Assembly (NCBI RefSeq): GCF_947568905.1
Contig: NC_079170.1
Coordinates: 79,794,001 to 79,858,000 of the forward strand
Length of the DNA: 64,000 nucleotides
Direction: 5' to 3'
Source: Ostrea edulis
Lineage: Eukaryota
The notes below the pieces were generated by a model. The model was not told where the DNA came from and made no database searches. It was given only the letters and a program-made list of their open reading frames with translations. Positions 60,201 through 64,000 of this stretch are shown here, piece by piece (within the stretch, counting starts at the first letter, position 1; every line of letters begins with the position of its first letter). The position numbers were made by a program, and so were the translations under genes.

Positions 60201-60520
60201 GTAAGTCACACAGCTACAAAAACGCATGGAAGACTGGTAAGTCATAGCTACAAAAACGCATGGAAGACTGGTAAGTCATACTTACAAAAACGCATGGAAG
60301 ACTGGTAAGTCATACTTACAAAAACGCATGGAAGACTGGTAAGTCATACGTACAAAAACGCATGGAAGACTGGTAAGTCATACTTACAAAAACGCATGGA
60401 AGACTGGTAAGTCATAGTTACAAAAACGCATGGAAGACTGGTAAGTCACAGAGCTACAAAACCGCTTGGAAGACTGGTAAGTCACACAGCTACAAAAACG
60501 CATGGAAGACTCTGGTAAGC
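60172..60520 (+). repeat. 34-38-bp minisatellite built from FGD exon end + donor, 10 copies including the native junction
   Basis: Unit TACAAAAACGCATGGAAGACTG|gtaagtca. Confidence 0.95.
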
Positions 60521-60886
60521 CACATCATAATATAGAACATTGCATGGCAATCTGATTAAAATCAAAGATCCTTTGATCTGGTCACTTAAATATTTAGGAG
60601 CATAAAAGATCTAATTTTAGTCAGATTGAGTGCATGGAAGAATGGTCGGTCTCGTATAGTAATATAGAAACAGTACACGGAAGATTAATTAGGTCGCATA
60701 GTAATATAAAAACAATGCATGAATATTAATTAGGTCACATAGTAATATAGACATAATGCATGGAAGATTAATTAGGTCACATAGTAATAAACGACAATTA
60801 TTAGCCACTTTATGATGTCAAACAGTGCATGGGAGTGTGACTCGATCTCGACTCGGACTTCAGTCATTATGATTTTATACTTACAG

Positions 60887-61043
60887 GGATGCACAGCCCA
60901 GAATAGGAGACCTGATGAAGACCAATGCCCCATTCCTGAAGCTCTACACAGAGTACGTCCGAAATTTTGACCATGCCATGAACCTCATCAACACATGGAT
61001 GGAAAAATCGCCAAAGTTTTCCAGTCTTATCAAAGACATACAG
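60887..61043 (+). CDS. FGD4: FGD-like DH domain exon 3
   Basis: DAQPRIGDLMKTNAPFLKLYTEYVRNFDHAMNLINTWMEKSPKFSSLIKDIQ resembles FGD [28 protein letters not shown]. Phase 2 to 0. Confidence 0.95.
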
Positions 61044-61601
61044 GTCTGTACAACTTGTTTCAACGTGTTCAATTAAGAGCTAACTTTTACACAGTTTGAT
61101 CCTGCAGTAAACCAAGTTTTATTTGCCTCAGAATTTCGTGAATACCAGTGATAAACTGGATTGTGGCGACAAATTTTCGCAACCGAAATTATTGTATAAA
61201 CAGATGCAGAAGTTTTTCGTGACAAAAAATATTCATGATGACGAGGTTCTCATGAGCCTCACAAAAATTTCTTGCACATGAATAAAAATTGTATACAGTA
61301 AAGAAATTAGCACAAAATAAATGTATTTGCTGTTAAATGACTATCAGCCAGGGACACTGTTTTATTATAAATTTTAGTAACATAATTTGGCACATTGTAT
61401 CATAAATAGAATCCATTACTGTATGTAAAAGATTCGAGTTATCAAAGTGACCTTGCAGCTGTGATTTTACTGTCTGTAGAAATTGATGAGGTATCCACTG
61501 TAAAGTATCGGCAGACAGCTCGCTCTTTTTCTGTAAGAACTACTCGCCATGCAAAATTTCCCAAATTTGAATCTCAGAGTTTTCGAATTCCTTCACTACA
61601 G

Positions 61602-61689
61602 ACTTATCCAGAGTGTGGCAAGCTGACACTACAACATCACATGTTAGAACCCATTCAGAGAATTCCGAGATATCAGCTGCTGCTTAAAG
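61602..61689 (+). CDS. FGD4: FGD-like DH domain exon 4 (gene continues beyond the right edge)
   Basis: [29 protein letters not shown] resembles [28 protein letters not shown]. cag|ACT ... AAA G|gtagga. Confidence 0.95.
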
Positions 61690-61820
61690 GTAGGAAATCC
61701 AAATATTTCAATTATAAACACATGTTGTAGCCCATTCACAGTTCGCTGATATCAGACTCTCTTTAAAGATGGAATGTCTTAATTTTCAATTATCATATGT
61801 TACAGGCCATTCACAATCGC
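61641..61820 (+). repeat. Degenerate ~80-bp tandem duplication of FGD exon end + donor
   Basis: ATGTT...CCATTCA...GATATCAG...TTAAAG...TTTCAATTAT recurs at 61641, 61722 and (partially) 61797. Confidence 0.75.
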
Positions 61821-61844
61821 CAAATGTTTGAGTTTACACAGTAC

Positions 61845-63885
61845 CTGTCAGTTTATCTCGCTAAGTTACAGATTATCCTACTAAGTTACAGATTATCTCA
61901 CTAAGTTACAGATTACCTGTCAGTTTATCTCACTAAGTTACAGATTACCTGTCAGTTTATCTCACTAAGTTACAGATTATCTTACTAAGTTACAGATTAT
62001 CTTACTAAGTTACAGATTACCTGTCAGTTTAGCTCACTAAGTTACAGATTATCTGTCAGTTTATCTCACTAAGTTACAGATTACCTGTCAGTTTATCTCG
62101 CTAAGTTACAGATTATCTTACTAAGTTACAGATTATCTGTCAGTTTATCTCACTAAGTTACAGAGTACCTAACAGTTTATCTCACAAAGTTAAAGATTAC
62201 CTGTCAGTTCATCTCACTAAGTTACAGATTTCCTGTCAGTTTATCTCACAAAGTTATGGAATACCTGACAGTTTATCTCACTAAGTTACAGCTTATTTCA
62301 CTAAGTTACAGATTATCTCACTAAGTTACAGAGTACCTGTCAGTTTATCTCACTAAGTTAAAGATTACATGTCAGTTTATCTCACTAAGTTACAGAATAA
62401 TTCAGTTTATCTCACTAAGTTACAGATTATCTTACTAAGTTACAGATTACCTGTCAGTTTATCTCACTAAGTTACAGATTACCTGTCAGTTTATCTCACT
62501 AAGTTACAGATTATCTTACTAAGTTACAGATTATCTGTCAGTTTATCTCACTAAGTTACAGATTATCTTACTAAGTTACAGATTATCTGTCAGTTTATCT
62601 CACTAAGTTACAGATTATCTTACTAAGTTACAGATTACCTGTCAGTTTATCTCGCTAAGTTACAGATTATCTTACTAAGTTACAGATTATCTGTCAGTTT
62701 ATCTCACTAAGTTACAGATTATCTGTCAGTTTATCTCGCTAAGTTACAGATTACCTGTCAGTTTATCTCGCTAAGTTACAGATTATCTTACTAAGTTACA
62801 GATTATCTGTCAGTTTATCTCACTAAGTTACAGTTTATCTCACTAAGTTACAGAGTACCTGTCAGTTTATCTCACAAAGTTACAGTTTATCTCACTAAGT
62901 TACAGTTTATCTCACTAAGTTACAGTTTATCTCACTAAGTTACAGAGTACCTGTCAGTTTATCTCACTAGATTACAGAATAATTCAGTTTATCTCACTAA
63001 GTTACAGATTATCTTACTAAGTTACAGATTACCTGTCAGTTTATCTCGCTAAGTTACAGATTATCTTACTAAGTTACAGATTATCTGTCAGTTTATCTCA
63101 CTAAGTTACAGATTACCTGTCAGTTTATCTCACTAAGTTACAGAGTACCTAACAGTTTATCTCACAAAGTTAAAGATTACCTGTCAGTTTATCTCACTAA
63201 GTTACAGATTATCTCACTAAGTTACAGATTACCTAACAGTTTATCTCACTAAGTTACAGATTATCTCACTAAGTTACAGATTACCTAACAGTTTATCTCA
63301 CAAAGTTAAAGATTACCTGTCAGTTTATCTCACTAAGTTACAGATTTCCTGTCAGTTTATCTCACAAAGTTATGGAATACCTGACAGTTTATCTCACAAA
63401 GTTACAGCTTATTTCACTAAGTTACAGATTATCTCACTAAGTTACAGAGTACCTGTCAGTTTATCTCACTAAGTTACAGAATAATTCAGTTTATCTCACT
63501 AAGTTACAGATTATCTTACTAAGTTACAGATTTCCTGTCAGTTTATCTCACAAAGTTATGGAATACCTGTCAGTTTATCTCACAAAGTTACAGATTACCA
63601 GTGAGTTCATCTCACTAAGTTACAGATTACCAGTGAGTTCATCTCACTAAGTTACAGATTTCCTGTCAGTTTATCTCACAAAGTTATGGAATAATTCAGT
63701 TTATCTCGCTAAGTTACAGATTATCTTACTAAGTTACAGATTATCTGTCAGTTTATCTCACTAAGTTTCAGAATACCTGTCAGTTTATCTCACAAAGTTA
63801 CAGATTACCAGTGAGTTCATCTCACTAAGTTACAGATTTCCATTCAGTTTATCTCACTAAGTTACAGATTTCCTATTAATTTATC
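61845..63885. repeat. 2-kb minisatellite of interleaved 20-bp and 32-bp units
   Basis: CTAAGTTACAGATTATCT(C/T)A and CCTGTCAGTTTATCTCACTAAGTTACAGATTA. Confidence 0.95.
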
Positions 63886-64000
63886 TCGCTGGGCTACTGT
63901 TGGGTTTCACAGAAGTTGTCCATTTATCTCACAAGTTTATAGAGTCAGTTTGCTTCATTATAGACAATCAGATTTAGTTTATTTTCAGTCTGTACTTCAC

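Overview
AT-rich, repeat-dense, intron-containing animal genomic DNA. It is most likely a bivalve (oyster-like), inferred from Helentron-associated elements carrying ~165-bp satellite monomers of the type known from Ostreidae. Two genes lie head-to-head. (1) PRPF3 (U4/U6 snRNP Prp3) is on the - strand: 7 coding exons are reconstructed from ATG 9051 to 1039, and the gene continues left of the window. (2) An FGD1-4/frabin-like Cdc42 RhoGEF is on the + strand: it has candidate N-terminal exons from 17743, a 1.2-kb Ser/Pro-rich exon and four DH-domain exons, and it continues right of the window. The rest is non-autonomous DNA transposons (nested hAT-like, Tc1, pogo-like MITEs, foldback hairpins, HINE-type elements), retroposon and tRNA-derived repeats, and about 20 tandem arrays. 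The most unusual pattern read directly from the sequence is that six exon 3' ends (4 of 7 in PRPF3, 2 in the FGD gene) have been tandemly amplified together with their 5' splice sites. This creates polar arrays of decoy donors whose divergence increases with distance from the exon. Also notable are several ATG-initiated phase-1 mini-exons that may be alternative first exons of the FGD gene, near-perfect hairpins whose mismatches are almost all G-U on one strand, and tandem tRNA-like units with an 8-nt anticodon loop. No database searches or folding programs were run; all homology calls come from recognised motifs.
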